Position numbers and translations under genes: made by a program. From Lama guanicoe (lineage: Eukaryota), in NCBI GenBank assembly GCA_013239625.1, contig MU054187.1, positions 9,507,231 through 9,571,230 on the forward strand: a stretch of DNA of 64,000 nucleotides, in the 5' to 3' direction. Of the stretch, positions 10,250-23,100 are shown piece by piece. The notes below the pieces were generated by a model. The model had not been told where the DNA came from. It did not search any database and worked only from the letters and a program-made list of their open reading frames with translations. The first letter of the stretch is position 1. Each line of letters starts with the position of its first letter.

Positions 10250-12300
10250 AGAGAGGTCAGAGATGGGATAGGGAAGAAGCTTGAGAGAAGGCAGTTGATT
10301 CTGCAGTTCAGCAGAGAGGTCTAAACAGGAAGATTAAAGTAGAAGTCATCAGCATGGGACCAGGTGAGGTCACTAAGGGAGTGAGCGCGGAGCGAAGAGA
10401 CGCGTCCACAGGCTGAACACTGGGACCCTCCAGCATTTAGAGTCAAGAGCATGAAAAGAAAGCCAGTGCAGTAAGAAGAAAACCAGAGAGTTGTCTCCTG
10501 AAAACCAAGAGAAGAAAGTATTTCCAGGGAGGAGGGAGTGAACAGGAAGATGCCACTGACAGGTCTGAACTGAGACCTGAGTGGTGTATTAGCACTGGGT
10601 GGAGGGCATGAGTGACCGTGTAAGTTTGTCAGTGGAGTCACAGGACAAAGCTCATTGGAAAAGGTTCTGGAGAGGATGAGAGAAGAGAAATTAGAGCAGG
10701 TGTAGGCAGCTGGAGGGAAGGAGAGGCGTGGGGGCGGCAGTGGGAGAGGGTAGAGGGACAATAGAAAGTTGTTGCTGAACTGTTTGTTGATATAACCTGG
10801 GGGAAATAACATTTTCATGCTGATGAAGATCTTTGGGGAGGGAATTTTGAAGATGCACGAGAGAAAAGGAAGAAGTATTGTTATGATGTTTGGCGGAGCT
10901 GAGCAAGGCTGAGGTTTAGTGCACAAGGGAGAGGTTTGGCCTTTGTGGAGAGCATGGCCAGGTTATCAGTGACACCAGGAGGGAAGCCAGAATAAATGAG
11001 CCAGAGCCAGAAGCGGGTAGATGAGAGGCTTGCACTAACCGTGGTTTGCTCTGCTTCTGGGGGGGGGGGGGGACGAGAAGCCTGTCAGTGGTTTCCGACC
11101 ATCCTAAGAAGGTGGGGGAGCCCACAGTACATTCTCCCGGCCCCAGGTCAGGCTCTGAGTCTTGGCACACCAGAAAAAGAGGGAAGGTCAAGGGATTTTA
11201 AATGTCTACATTTGTTCATTTACTCATTCATTCATTTAGTATTAAGGATTTATTTTGTGCCTGCCTGGCACTATGCCAGCCACTGCCAATAAAGTTGTGA
11301 AAAAGGACAGATCTTGCTTTGTCGTCACAAAATTTATAATCCAGAGGTGGATGGAAACAGAGCACCAGCAATACAGTGTGATCACAGTTTTAATGTGGAG
11401 GGAGCCTTGGGTACAATGGACTACAGAGAAAGGGTGTCCCCCAGGGCCTCAGGCCTTAGGGAGGACTGCCCAGGGGAAATGGCATCTAACTGACATGAGA
11501 AAGAACACTAGTTCCCTGGGAGAAGAGAGGGGAAAGTATGTTCCAAGCAGAGGAAATAACAAGGACAAATTTCTGGAGGCAAGAGAGAGAGTTTGTGGCC
11601 CATGCAATGAAAAGAACAAAGTTAATTTTCTAGGAGCTCAACGTTAGAGATGGAGCGAGAAGAGGGCCAAGCTGGAGAAGTGAGCAGGGCCAGGGAGACA
11701 GGGCCAAGTCTGAACTTTTATGGGGAGTCATCGAAGTACTTTCAAACTAGCAAGTGGCATCACTGGAAATATGCCCCTGACCACAGTGTGGGGAAAGAGG
11801 TGGCAAAGGTGGAGCCGAGAGAAGTCGATTAAGAACTCCATAGTAATCCACAGAACCAGATTGGGGCATTGATGCATAGTCGACTATGAAGAGTGATGGA
11901 GGGTCAGAATGACTGACAGCAGCCCAGGACAGAACCCAACATTTAAGGAATGGGCAAAGTAGAAAAGGAGCTGGAGAAAGAACAATCAGAGGACACCCAG
12001 GTGAGTAGGGAGTCTTGGGAGCCAGAAGAGTGTTTCACCTACCCAAGGAGAGGGTGCCCAGTTCAGTGCTGTTTGAGCAAGGAGCTAGGAGGTCTGGGAA
12101 GAGAGGGGACAGCCGGAGAGCAGGGACTTGTAGAGACAGGTGCCAGATTTCAGGGGGTAAAAGAATGTGTGGGAGGCAAGGAAATGGAGTCAGCAGATGC
12201 AGGCCAGGAGGGGAGAACTAGAGGGTGGGCAAATGGGAGGGGACAGGAGGTTGTGAGTTTTAAGCATGAAAGTCTTGCTTAAATATGATGACAAGGATCA
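10250..12300. mobile_element. Old LINE-2 fragments in ADHFE1 intron 1
   Basis: Purine-rich degenerate L2-type sequence and a CATTCATTCATT 3'-end motif at ~11215-11240. Boundaries are approximate. Confidence 0.55.
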
Positions 12301-12927
12301 AGTAGGGGGAGGCTAGGACAGATGGAGGTCCCAGGAAGGCAAGAGTGGGTGGGATTCAAACCACAAATAAGAAGTATAAATGATGGACTAAGGTAGCAAG
12401 AGCTTGAAAAATGTAAAAAGAGAAGGGGTGATGAGTGGAAGGAAGTGTGTGCTCCCATGGTCCTTCATTGGAAAGCTTCGAGTTTGGATTTATCCTTCCC
12501 TTTGGGTCTCTTTTCTTGTCCTTGGAGGGCTGGGAAAGACCTCGAAAGTAATGCCTTGAGAAGGACGGCGCCGGGGCCTCGCTACTCTTTCCCTGCGGAA
12601 GCTACGGGTGCTCAGACCCTCCGGGATGCTCCCGGGAACTCTTCCACGCGGCGTTTCCAGCTGTGCCCACGAGATGGCAGCCTCGACTCACGGTGGCGCT
12701 CACACCGGCCCACGCCGGTTTTGACTTAATTCACCATTTTTGAGATCTTGACCATCATTGAGTTAACGCCCTTCCTTCCTTCCTTCTCCCTTTTCCCTCT
12801 CAGATGTTTTCATTCCAGATTTGAAGGCAGGGCTGGGGAGGGAGGGGGTGGTATGCACGCACGTACCTGCTGGACCCCACTACGACAGGGTCCCCCGAGC
12901 AATAGAGAGAAACGTGTAAACCTATTG

Positions 12928-13003
12928 CGAGGCTCCAATGGATAGCGAGCCGCAGAAAGAGAAGCCGAGGCTCCAATGGATAGCGAGCCGCAGAAAGAGA
13001 AGC
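12928..13003. repeat. Perfect 38-bp tandem duplication
   Basis: CGAGGCTCCAATGGATAGCGAGCCGCAGAAAGAGAAGC at 12928-12965 and 12966-13003. Confidence 0.95.
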
Positions 13004-13693
13004 CGGAGAAGGGACTGTTTAATAAATAGGAGGACGCCAGGACAGGGAAGGGATGCAGAAGCCAAGGGAGGGACCGCCTAGAAACAGGAGGACGTGGAAA
13101 ATCTGAAGATACGGATGTGATGGCAATTCGGGCGGCTGGTGAGGGCGGACACCGAGGGTGGGGCCGCGGAGGGGACACGGCGGAGCCGAGGAAGGACGGG
13201 GGCGCGAGGCAGTGACCTGGCAAGCCCGCTGATACGGGCAGTGACCCGGCCCAGAGCCCGTTTGAAGAAAAGCCAAACACCCTGAAGACAATCGGAAACT
13301 ACAAGGAAAGTTCCAGGAGAAAGGGGTGAGGGGGATGAGGTGCGAGTAGTTAACATTGGGTCAAACCCCAAGCTTGGTAAGAGCTGAGTCCCCATCAAAC
13401 TTACTTGCAGCCCCAGAGTGCTCACCTCAGCTCCCCGCAGGCATCGACTATTGCTTAAGTGTAAAAGAATGAGCCTACAACGCTGGAGAGACTGAGTCAA
13501 CTTACTGTCCATGGTGATTTCTGGCTTTTTCTATGGTGCAGTGTTTACCAGTAGCTACTACTTTGGTAGCATCTTAAGACTAGGATGCAATGTGAGTTCC
13601 TTTAAGGTTTCTTATCGTTTGGTTTTCTGGTTTCAATATACATTTCTTTCTTTCTTTCTTTCTTATTTTTTTTTCCCTCTTTGTTTTCCCTAG

Positions 13694-13731
13694 GTGCCAA
13701 TGCCCAGGTCATTCTCATACTTACTCCCAAG
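13694..13731 (+). CDS. ADHFE1: ADHFE1 exon 2 (38 bp; CQCPGHSHTYSQ); translated only if an upstream start exists
   Basis: Polypyrimidine tract with TAG acceptor and GTAAT donor. The peptide matches the ADHFE1 N-terminal region. Confidence 0.85.
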
Positions 13732-14219
13732 GTAATAATACATTTTGTGTTTAGCCACAATTTCAGTTCCCACTGTTGTCAGTAAATTTGGGCAAAGTGT
13801 AAAGCAAGAAAATCAAGGCACGTGAGAGGAAGATGGATGAAAATAGTTGCCTTTTTACTTGAAATGGTTAATATGTAGTTCTAATTATATTATGCATAAT
13901 TATATTCATTATACTATATTTATATTATGTATAATTATGAATGTATGTTACTGATTATGTGTTTGGCTCAAATGTATATTTAATGCTATTTATAATGCCT
14001 TTCTATTTTAAACAGAATTACTTACCAAAGCTAAAAATGGTGATACAAATAGGATTTTAGGATTGTCTGAATTCAAGCAGAATTAATCAAGATGAGATCT
14101 TTGGAAAGTCCTAATACATCACAGAAAAGAAGCTAAAGAACAATGTGGTTCCCAGAAGGAAAAAATTTGCTTGTATCAATTTTTAAAACAACATTCTATT
14201 TCTTAATAATTGTAAATAA

Positions 14220-14302
14220 GGGGGTGTGTATAGCTCAGTGGTAGAGCACAGGCTTAACATGCATGAGGTCCTGGGTTCAATCCCTAGCACCCCCATGAAT
14301 AA
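14220..14302 (+). mobile_element. tRNA-derived SINE (camelid-type)
   Basis: GGGG..TATAGCTCAGTGGTAGAGC (A box) ...GAGGTCCTGGGTTCAATCCC (B box). Related copies are at 30840, 35095 and 44274. Confidence 0.85.
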
Positions 14303-15683
14303 GATATGTATTTTTAAATGACAAAGTTTTCAGTTCCTACAAATGTCTTAATCCTTACCAACTCTATTGTCCACAGAGCAGCAGGAAGCTCATTGTAGCT
14401 TCAGCATGTCCTCAGAATGTCACATGAATTATACTGACACAAAAACTGATTTCACCTCTTAGGAGAAAAGGTCAAATCTAAACAGAGTAGTAAGGGATGG
14501 AAAGGAGGGGCCTGCACAGACAGGATCCTAAGCAGAAACCCATAAAGAAGCCTGCTGGGGAGTAGAACAGATAGAATAACTAACTGAGGGCTTTTTCCTG
14601 CCCAGAGAGTGACTCATCCATCAGGACCAGCCAGGGGACTTCCTGGTCCTTGACAGCCATCACTAAGCAGAAGCATGCCCTGCCTCTTAGGCCCTCAGGG
14701 ACACGTGCAGAATTTTGTCTTCAGCAGATTTTCTGCAATTCTTAATTGGTTTCAACAAAGATCCATAATTTTCCTATTTGGGGCAATAAAATTCATCATT
14801 TAGAGACAGATAATCTCAGTGTTTTCCAGTATCCAATTTATGTCTTTTCCTAAACTTCAGTAACAGGAGTAATAGATTATTTCTTTAAAGCCAATAGATA
14901 TCAAAGAAATTCAAATTATGATTAAGGATACTTCTACTGAAGGTAGATTTTTGTCTGATAGTTGTGTGATCTCTTCTTCTTTAAAAAAAAAAAAAAGGTC
15001 GTGAAAATTGTTCTGTAGACTTTTTTCAATCTTATGACTGACCAAGACTGATAAAAATAAGTGGATGAAAACAAAGATTAAAATCCATTAAGTACAGCCT
15101 TCTTGCGTTGTCCCAATATGATAAATTCATTTCTGCCATAACTAAACCTGATATTTTGCAAAGAAACATCAGTTTATAAAAATTTGTATTAAATTACCCG
15201 AAGAAAACTAATTAGTTGATATATAAGCTTGAGAAATACAAATATCTTACTGTGATAATTAACCTCCATGGAAAAAAATCTTAATTTAAACAAATTATCA
15301 CAGTTGCTATAAGAAGTGTAAGCAGGACTGTAATTTATGGGTTTACTAATAACTCTTCTCTAACAATAACTGAACTCAAGTCTAGATTTTTTTCTAGTGT
15401 ATTTTTACACATCATGTTTTCAAAAGTATAGTTTAATTTCAACGGCAAAAAAGTTTTAAGTAACTATTTTCACACAATCTGCATCAAGTTAGCATTACAT
15501 TCTCTTAAAATGCAGGTTTTAATTTTAATCTGGTAGGCAACAAGGAAACCTGAAAAATGAATTTCAGGTAAGGCTTCAGGGGAAATCTTTATGTTCACTG
15601 CTGAAATACCAGTTTACTCTCAAATAACAATATTTTTGCTTTGTTTTTGAGGTCTACTCTGATGCTTATTTTTACATTTCCAG

Positions 15684-15730
15684 CTCCTGGACTTTCACCT
15701 TCTGGGAAAACAACAGATTATGCCTTTGAG
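15684..15730 (+). CDS. ADHFE1: ADHFE1 exon 3 (47 bp; APGLSPSGKTTDYAFE); translated only if an upstream start exists
   Basis: CAG acceptor, GTAGGT donor, in frame with exons 2 and 4. Confidence 0.88.
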
Positions 15731-17104
15731 GTAGGTTGACTCAATTCATTCTTTGTTTTACGAATGACCTGAAAAAATACAACCAGAGTATTTTGCTAAT
15801 GCATTATTATCTCACTTGAAATCTGCTACTAATTGATGTTCCCTAGTCTCAGTATTTGATCAGCACCTGTTAAACAAAGTACCTTGTTAGGATTTAATAG
15901 GTTGTTAGGATAATAGTACCTAATAGAATAATGGAATGTAAATTTTCTGGTATGTTATCAGTAATGAGTAATGTCTAGAATCCTGTCCTCTATTTAAAAT
16001 AAAGCAAATAAGCCATTAAAATAGGGCAAATTCCCAGTTCTACAAACTCTACAATTTATAAGTTGTATGATGTATCTTCTTTAGTTTTATAATTATAACA
16101 ATCCCCAAAGACATCCAAGAAATCTGTTGAAGCCAGTATAAGGGAACAATTAATTCTGATGAATTTTTATCATAGTGTAATTACATAACCATTTGTTTAA
16201 ATCCCCGTCTCCTTCTAGTTCAAGAGTCATAAATTAAAATGTGACCAGAAGCCTGAGTTAATCATTCCAGGAGCAGTCCAGGTGAGGGCAGTGCTGAGTT
16301 CACTGTGAGCACAGGCCTATGTGAAGGGTGCAGCCTGCACCCAGCCCCACGTGGCTGCTGCCACGCCAGAACACAGGCTCTGTGCTGCCCAATTATGCAA
16401 GAGAGAGAAATCCAGATGGTCACACTGGCTTTTTTTTTTATTTGGATAATAAGAGTTATTATCCAAACCAAAGGAAAAAAAAGGAAGAAAAGAAACTTAA
16501 ACATAACATGGACCAAGCAAAACTTGTCTTCACGCCAAAATCAACCCAACATCCATCAGTGTAAAAGTTCTCTCTCAGCTGTAAACTTTATGAGGCCATG
16601 TTTCTCTTGTTCATAGTTGTATTACCAGAGCTTCGCACAGTGCCTGGCACACAGCAGACACTCAGTAGTGTAGGTTGGACAGGAGGATGGATGGATGGTT
16701 GAATGGTTGGATGCATACCTACATGCAAGGGTGGCTGGATAGATGAACATTTGGATGAGTGAATGAAGGGGGAAAAAAATAAAAATAAAGACAACAACAA
16801 TTAAATTGGAAACTAAGAAGATATTTGAAAGTTAATTTGGATGTGGAGGCAAGAAGAGACAGGCATTTCAAGCCTAGAGAACAATTGAGAGATTATGATG
16901 TATTTGGGAAAATTCCAGTGTGACTGGAGCCAGCATTTGCTTAAAGAAGTATGATGAGTGTGAGGCCAGGTGGTGGTGACGTGAAGGCCATGCTGGGGAA
17001 TATGCACTTCAATTTCTAGACAATGGGAACTATTTTGAGGGTTTTAGAAATGAAATGACCAACTCTCTATAAACACCCCTCACCTAAATCATTTTTTTTT
17101 TCAG

Positions 17105-17158
17105 ATGGCTGTTTCAAATATTAGATACGGAGCGGGAGTTACAAAGGAAGTGGGCATG
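17105..17158 (+). CDS. ADHFE1: ADHFE1 exon 4 ([18 protein letters not shown]), GC donor
   Basis: Poly(T)-CAG acceptor; donor ATG|GCAAGT. Confidence 0.92.
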
Positions 17159-20100
17159 GCAAGTGTTTAAGATTTCTACAGTCTTCTACTATAAATGTTA
17201 CATATATTTAAAAACAAGCACAAATGGACAACAGTTGAGTCCTTTGTTTTGGACTCAATGTTAAGTTTGCCAGAAGTGTCTATGACATTTTTAGCGCAAT
17301 CAAACCCAACTTATAAACTCTTTTTGTTATTGTAGGACCTACAGAACATGGGTGCTAAAAATGTTTGTCTGATGACAGACAAGAACCTCTCCCAGCTCCC
17401 TCCTGTGAAGACAGTTATGGATTCCCTCGTGAAGAATGGCATCAACTTTAAGGTGTATGATAGTGTGAGGGTGGAACCAACCGACAGAAGGTATTCTTTT
17501 ATGGCTGTTCTTTACTTCAAGTGGAAACCAAAACATTTCAGGATTGCTTAAAACTTGCCCCAGGCCTTATTGAATGGCGTGGCAATTTAATCCTGAAAAA
17601 CCTGACGTTAACAGCTTTTCTTTTCCCTTCTCCAAGCTTCATGGAAGCTATTGAATTTGCCAAAAAGGGAGCTTTTGATGCCTATGTTGCTGTGGGTGGT
17701 GGCTCCACCATGGACACCTGTAAAGCCGCTAATCTGTATGCATCCAGCCCGCACTCCCATTTCCTAGATTATGTCAATGCCCCCATTGGGAAGGGAAAGC
17801 CTGTGACTGTGCCTCTTAAGCCTCTGATTGCAGGTAAAGACTTTGATCTCTCTGTTTTATTTTGCAGTGGGCAAAAAGCCTTAGGAAAATGCATGCCAGT
17901 TATTTTAGGGTGTACGTTTGCAAAGCTTTCTGAGTTCTTCATTTCAGTATAATGCCTTACTTAGAGATCAGAAGAGAGAGCAGATCGCTCGTGTTTAAAA
18001 TCCTGATCCTCATTATTGCACAGACAGAGACACTTTGAGTCACTGGTAGGAAAGTTCGCAGAGGTTACCATTTCCATTCATTAGGTCCCTCTGTCAGCAG
18101 GTCTGTCTTCTGAGCCCCTGTTTTGTCCCATTTTGCCAGAAGTTTAAGAGGGACATTCGCTATGATTTTTCCGGTGCTGACTCAACCCTTTCTTCCTCAT
18201 AATGGCTCTTCAGCTGACCTGGGGCTTTGTCTCTGCCCAGGGACATGTGGCTAGCACGGCCTCCTCACTCTGGGTGACATCTGCTCTGTGGCCGCCCAGG
18301 ACACAGACACGCAAATCCAAGTCAGGGCAGCTTATCTCTTCCACACCGACCCTGGGGTCTTTCGGTCTTTTCTTCCCTCCCATTTCATGGCTGTCAGCAT
18401 ACTACGGTTTAAAGTCCTGCAGCTAAAATGCACTAACTGAAAAATCTCAGATTGAAGTCGTGTCCTCTCTTTCCTTCCCGCTCCTGCCCCCACTGTGAAT
18501 GGGCCTTGTGCTGGGACAGGAGTAAGTGGATGAGAGATGAACTGCTTTGACGTGAATGAGTAATCAGCAGGGAGCAGCATAATTGATGTCTGGCAAATGG
18601 GACCCTCTGGTGAAACCGTGTCAGCATCACACAGAGGGGTGATTAGTAAAGTTTAGAAACTTGACAGAACCACAAAACCGCAGAGCCCAGCAAAGGCAAG
18701 GCGTTACTGTGATTGCTGCCAAGAGGGAATAAAGATGTCTTTTAGAGACGGCGAATATGAGTTTTCTTACCAGAGATGCCGAAAGGACTGCGTTTGCATA
18801 CCCAGCTGCAGCTGCTTAAGTTCTGGCGCTGGAGGAACCCAAGGCTCCCAGAGCTCCTCCTGTTAATACAGAAGTAGACATCACACATGCATGTTAAACA
18901 CATACAGATAACGGGTGTCATACATACATGTTAAGTATCCATGCATGTTAGTGCTGCTACGGACTTTACATACATGGTAACACAGATACAGACCTACATA
19001 CACATCAAGCACACATACATGTTAGGTATATATGCATGTTAATGTAGCTAGGGACATCATACATGCTAAACATGCATGCGTATTAATGCAGCCGCTACCA
19101 TCACACACTCACATTAAACACGGATGCCAGCACGTTAAATGCAGACACAGGCATCAGACCTGGTACACACATGTTAATGCAGACACAGCCATACATGTTA
19201 AGCATACATGCATGTTCATACAAACACAGACATCAGGTGAGCAAATGGGGCAGCAAAGCTTTCTGCTCTAACTCTGCTCCTTATTTCCTGAGGCTGATTA
19301 AGTATCTCCACTGACTTTTATTTAGATGCTTTGTTAAAATTAATATTTTTTTGTTCAAGTCCCAACTACCTCAGGAACGGGGAGTGAAACTACCGGAGTT
19401 GCCATTTTTGACTATGAACACTTGAAAGTAAAAACTGGTAAGAACTCTGTCCATAATTTTTTTTTAATTCTCTCTCTTACCATTCAACTCCACCCCCTTT
19501 TCTTTAATCCGAATGTTTAAAATTCAATGAGTTACAGAGTTAAGGGAAGGGTAGACACACTTTCTTTTCCCAAATACATACAAAAATATAAAGCAGTCCA
19601 ATATACTTCTTTTCAAGAATTACCTACAAAAGCAAACTGAAATGCCATGAATCTTGATTGGCCATTTTTCTGCCTGGGTCAGTGACTGTATATCAATGAT
19701 GAACGGTTAGTCCCTTTCTGAGACATCTTGTTAACATTTTAACTCAATTTTATTGAAATGGGTTTTTACACAATAAAGCGCATACACATTGAGAGTCTGG
19801 TTTGATGAGTTTTGACAGATACACACACCCATGTACCCACCACCCCAGTCAAGATACAGAACATTCCCACAGCTCCCGAACGTTCCCTCATGGCCCTTCC
19901 CAGTCAACCCCTCCAGCCCCGTTCGCAAGGAAGCACTATTCTGCTTTCTCCCTTCTTTGTCACCTTTACTCCGTCTTCTTGTCTGACTCTCAGCTGTGGT
20001 GAGAAACGTCCCTCCTCTTGAGTCTCCTTCTTCCAGGCCTTTGTAGCACAATAAATTGACACCAAACTGCACATTCATAGTAACTTCTCTTTTTAAATTA

Positions 20101-23100
20101 AATTACTTGACCCTTTGACATTGTTAAAGATGATAAAAATAGTAACCAACACTTAAATTCTACCTTACATTTTTTTAGAGACTTTCCCATCATGTTATCC
20201 ATTGTGATCCTTACAACAGCTCTGGTAGGGATGGAGGCCCTGTGTTCTAGTCTAATCGTAGAACCCAGACAGGCTCAGAGACATGCAGTAAGTCACAGGG
20301 CAAGGACCCAGACCACTGGTGTGCTAGTAAACCAGATCTCTGGGCTTTAGTGAGTAAATAAGCCCTGATTTGTAGCATTTGTGTGGGGTAAATACTCCGC
20401 CATAGTCAGTGACATCACTCCGCCTGGAACTGGGAAGAGACAGGCTCCTGTAACTGCAAGAACCCAGGTTCTTGAAAAACCCAGGTCTCTGACTCCAGAT
20501 CTCTTTCCACTGCTCCTTGCTGCCTCCCTACATGAGAATGATCTTATCTCATATTTTTACTTTTTTAGGATAATTTGTTACCCTAAAGTTATTTAATTTT
20601 TGACAAAACTGTACCCCTACCTCTAGCCTCTGTTGAAAATCCCTGTCTTAGGCATTGCCTCGCGAGCCATCAAACCCACACTGGGCCTGATTGATCCTCT
20701 GCACACCCTGCACATGCCCGAGCGGGTGGTCGCCAACAGCGGCTTCGATGTGCTTTGGTAGGTACCACTGCCATCTGGAGGGCTTTTTCAGCACCCAGGC
20801 CGATGGACAGTATCTTACTGCTGAATGCACTTGCTAGTCGGTCATGATTAGCACTGCACAGCAACCCCAGCTTTGTTTGTCATTATCCCCATTGCCGGAT
20901 GATAATGCTGAAGCTGTCGAGGTGAGGTGAGGTCCTGGGTGAGCCACAGACCTGCTGTTCAGGATGGACCGGCCCAGCCACAGCTGCGCCCACAGAGATG
21001 TCGTGAGGAGCAGTGGAAGCTGGCATGCAGTGTCTCAGACCCACAGCCCTGCCTCTACTGCCCTCACCAGGGAACGCTCAGGGCTGCAGCCACACGAAGA
21101 GGGCAGGGGAGGGAGCCAGCCCTTCCTGAGCTGGATAGGCTCACTGCATAATAAATATATAATAGACCAAAGCAAAGTGAATGACTCCCAGACCCAAAGA
21201 CTTTGCTGTCAGTGACGGAGGAGTGAGCTCAGAAGAAAGGAGAGTGATGGCAATGGCCCCGCCAAGGACTGACCAGGGGAGAGAACACCTTGCCTGAGGA
21301 GCCTGGCCTGAGGCCCAGTGGCCTGCTCTGAAGATGGACACACTCACATATTAAACCTTAGAAGCAGTTCCCCTTGTTGGGGCTCTGGGGTCCTTCTGAT
21401 CGTAAATTGGCATCCAGTGGACTTGCCAATGGGGAGAAGAGATGCAGTCTATAGAAGACTCAGGTGTCTGTCCCCCTCAGCAGCTTTATTTCTGGTTGTT
21501 AATCAATATCATCAGATTTCCAGGTTTTACACAGATTCATTGTGTTCAGCTCGGTGACTCTGCCCCTGAAAGACAAATCTGCTCTTGGGCCCAGAATCAA
21601 GATGCACAGCAGGACAGAGCTTCACCTCTGCACCTCAGACAACTCATCACCACCCCATATGCCCCACGTGGACACCTCCTTCTTGCCTTGCCCAGGTTTC
21701 CTGTTTAGAACACAAACCCATAGCTTTCGTCCACCAACTAATTCTTGAAGTTGTAATGCTTTGTTCAAAAGGTGTTATCTGCTTCTTATATGTAAAAGAG
21801 AGTAAATTCTCCTTTCTAAGACTGTTAACTGTATCTCATCCACAAAATAGTTCATGTTATGTTGTGTTCCCAGTAAATCGTTCATCTAGATGGTTGTGTT
21901 CATCCTCACTTCCTGCAGTTGAATAGCTAGAATTCATGGCAGGCCAGCAGGTGGAGGAAAGTCTGAAGCTTCTTGAAATAGCCCACCTTGAAATTAGGGC
22001 ATGTAAGAAAAAGTAATTAGATTTTTTTCAGACTAAGAATTAATAATAATGGTGAATAGTAAGTCTTACAAAATGCTGGTACCACACTAAGTACGTTACA
22101 TATGTCAACTTCATTTTCACAGCAGCACCATGAAGATGACTATTAGTTACCCGCATCTTAGAATCACAGGGAGGATGGTGGCTCCCCCCTAGACTCACAG
22201 TGGGAAAGTCTGGTGCCAGAATTTACAGCTGGGGGGCGAATCCCTGCACTGTCCTCTTATAGGAGGTTAGTGTAACTGTGACCCTTTTTGGATGGGTAAT
22301 ACAGTGTTTGATCAATGCAAGGTATAAAATGGTAAATATGCTTTACAAGGAAGTCATTGTTTAGATTCAGTGCTTTTCTTCATGACTTAAATGTTTAAAA
22401 ACTCAATATCATAAAGACGCATTGGCACTACAAAGGGACCATATGTAACTTCATGCATAATGGTCAAAAATGCTGTAGTGCTGTTAACACCAACTTCACT
22501 GTGTTAATTTCTGTAATAAGCGATGATTGTCATGGACAAGAGGTGGATTCCTAGAACGTATTGTGATTATCAGTGTTACACAGCAAATCCACAGTGGAGT
22601 GAGTCCAAGTTTTCTGAGACAGTTTGTGATCTGAATGGAGGGAAGGAGGAAGAGAATGCTTTCAACTTGTGTGTTTTAAATATTCTTTGTTAGCCATGCC
22701 CTGGAGTCCTACACTGCCCTCCCCTACCACATGCGGAGCCCCTGCCCTTCAAATCCCATCACTCGGCCAGCCTACCAGGGCAGCAACCCAATCAGTGACA
22801 TTTGGGCAGTCCACGCGCTGCAGATCGTTGCCAAGTATCTGAAGAGGTACGTCACCCAGAGGGGACAGAAACAGAACAGAAAAACCACTTTTTGCCCTTG
22901 TGTAAAATGTGGCACACTACATCCTAAAATGTCCTGAGCCTGTTCACCTACAAAATCAGTCACTGTACATAGAGAAGCACCAGAGACCAGCAGCCTCTGG
23001 AGGGAGCCCTGTGGGGACAGATGAAAGTCGGATCCTTCGATCTGAAAAGGTAAAAGCCACGAGAGACAACATAAGAGCGCCTGATCTACAAAGGATGCAG

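Noticed and set aside
14220..14296. Possible tRNA gene
   Set aside because: It has A and B boxes, but stem pairing is imperfect and related diverged copies carry TSDs and A/T tails, so it is a SINE.
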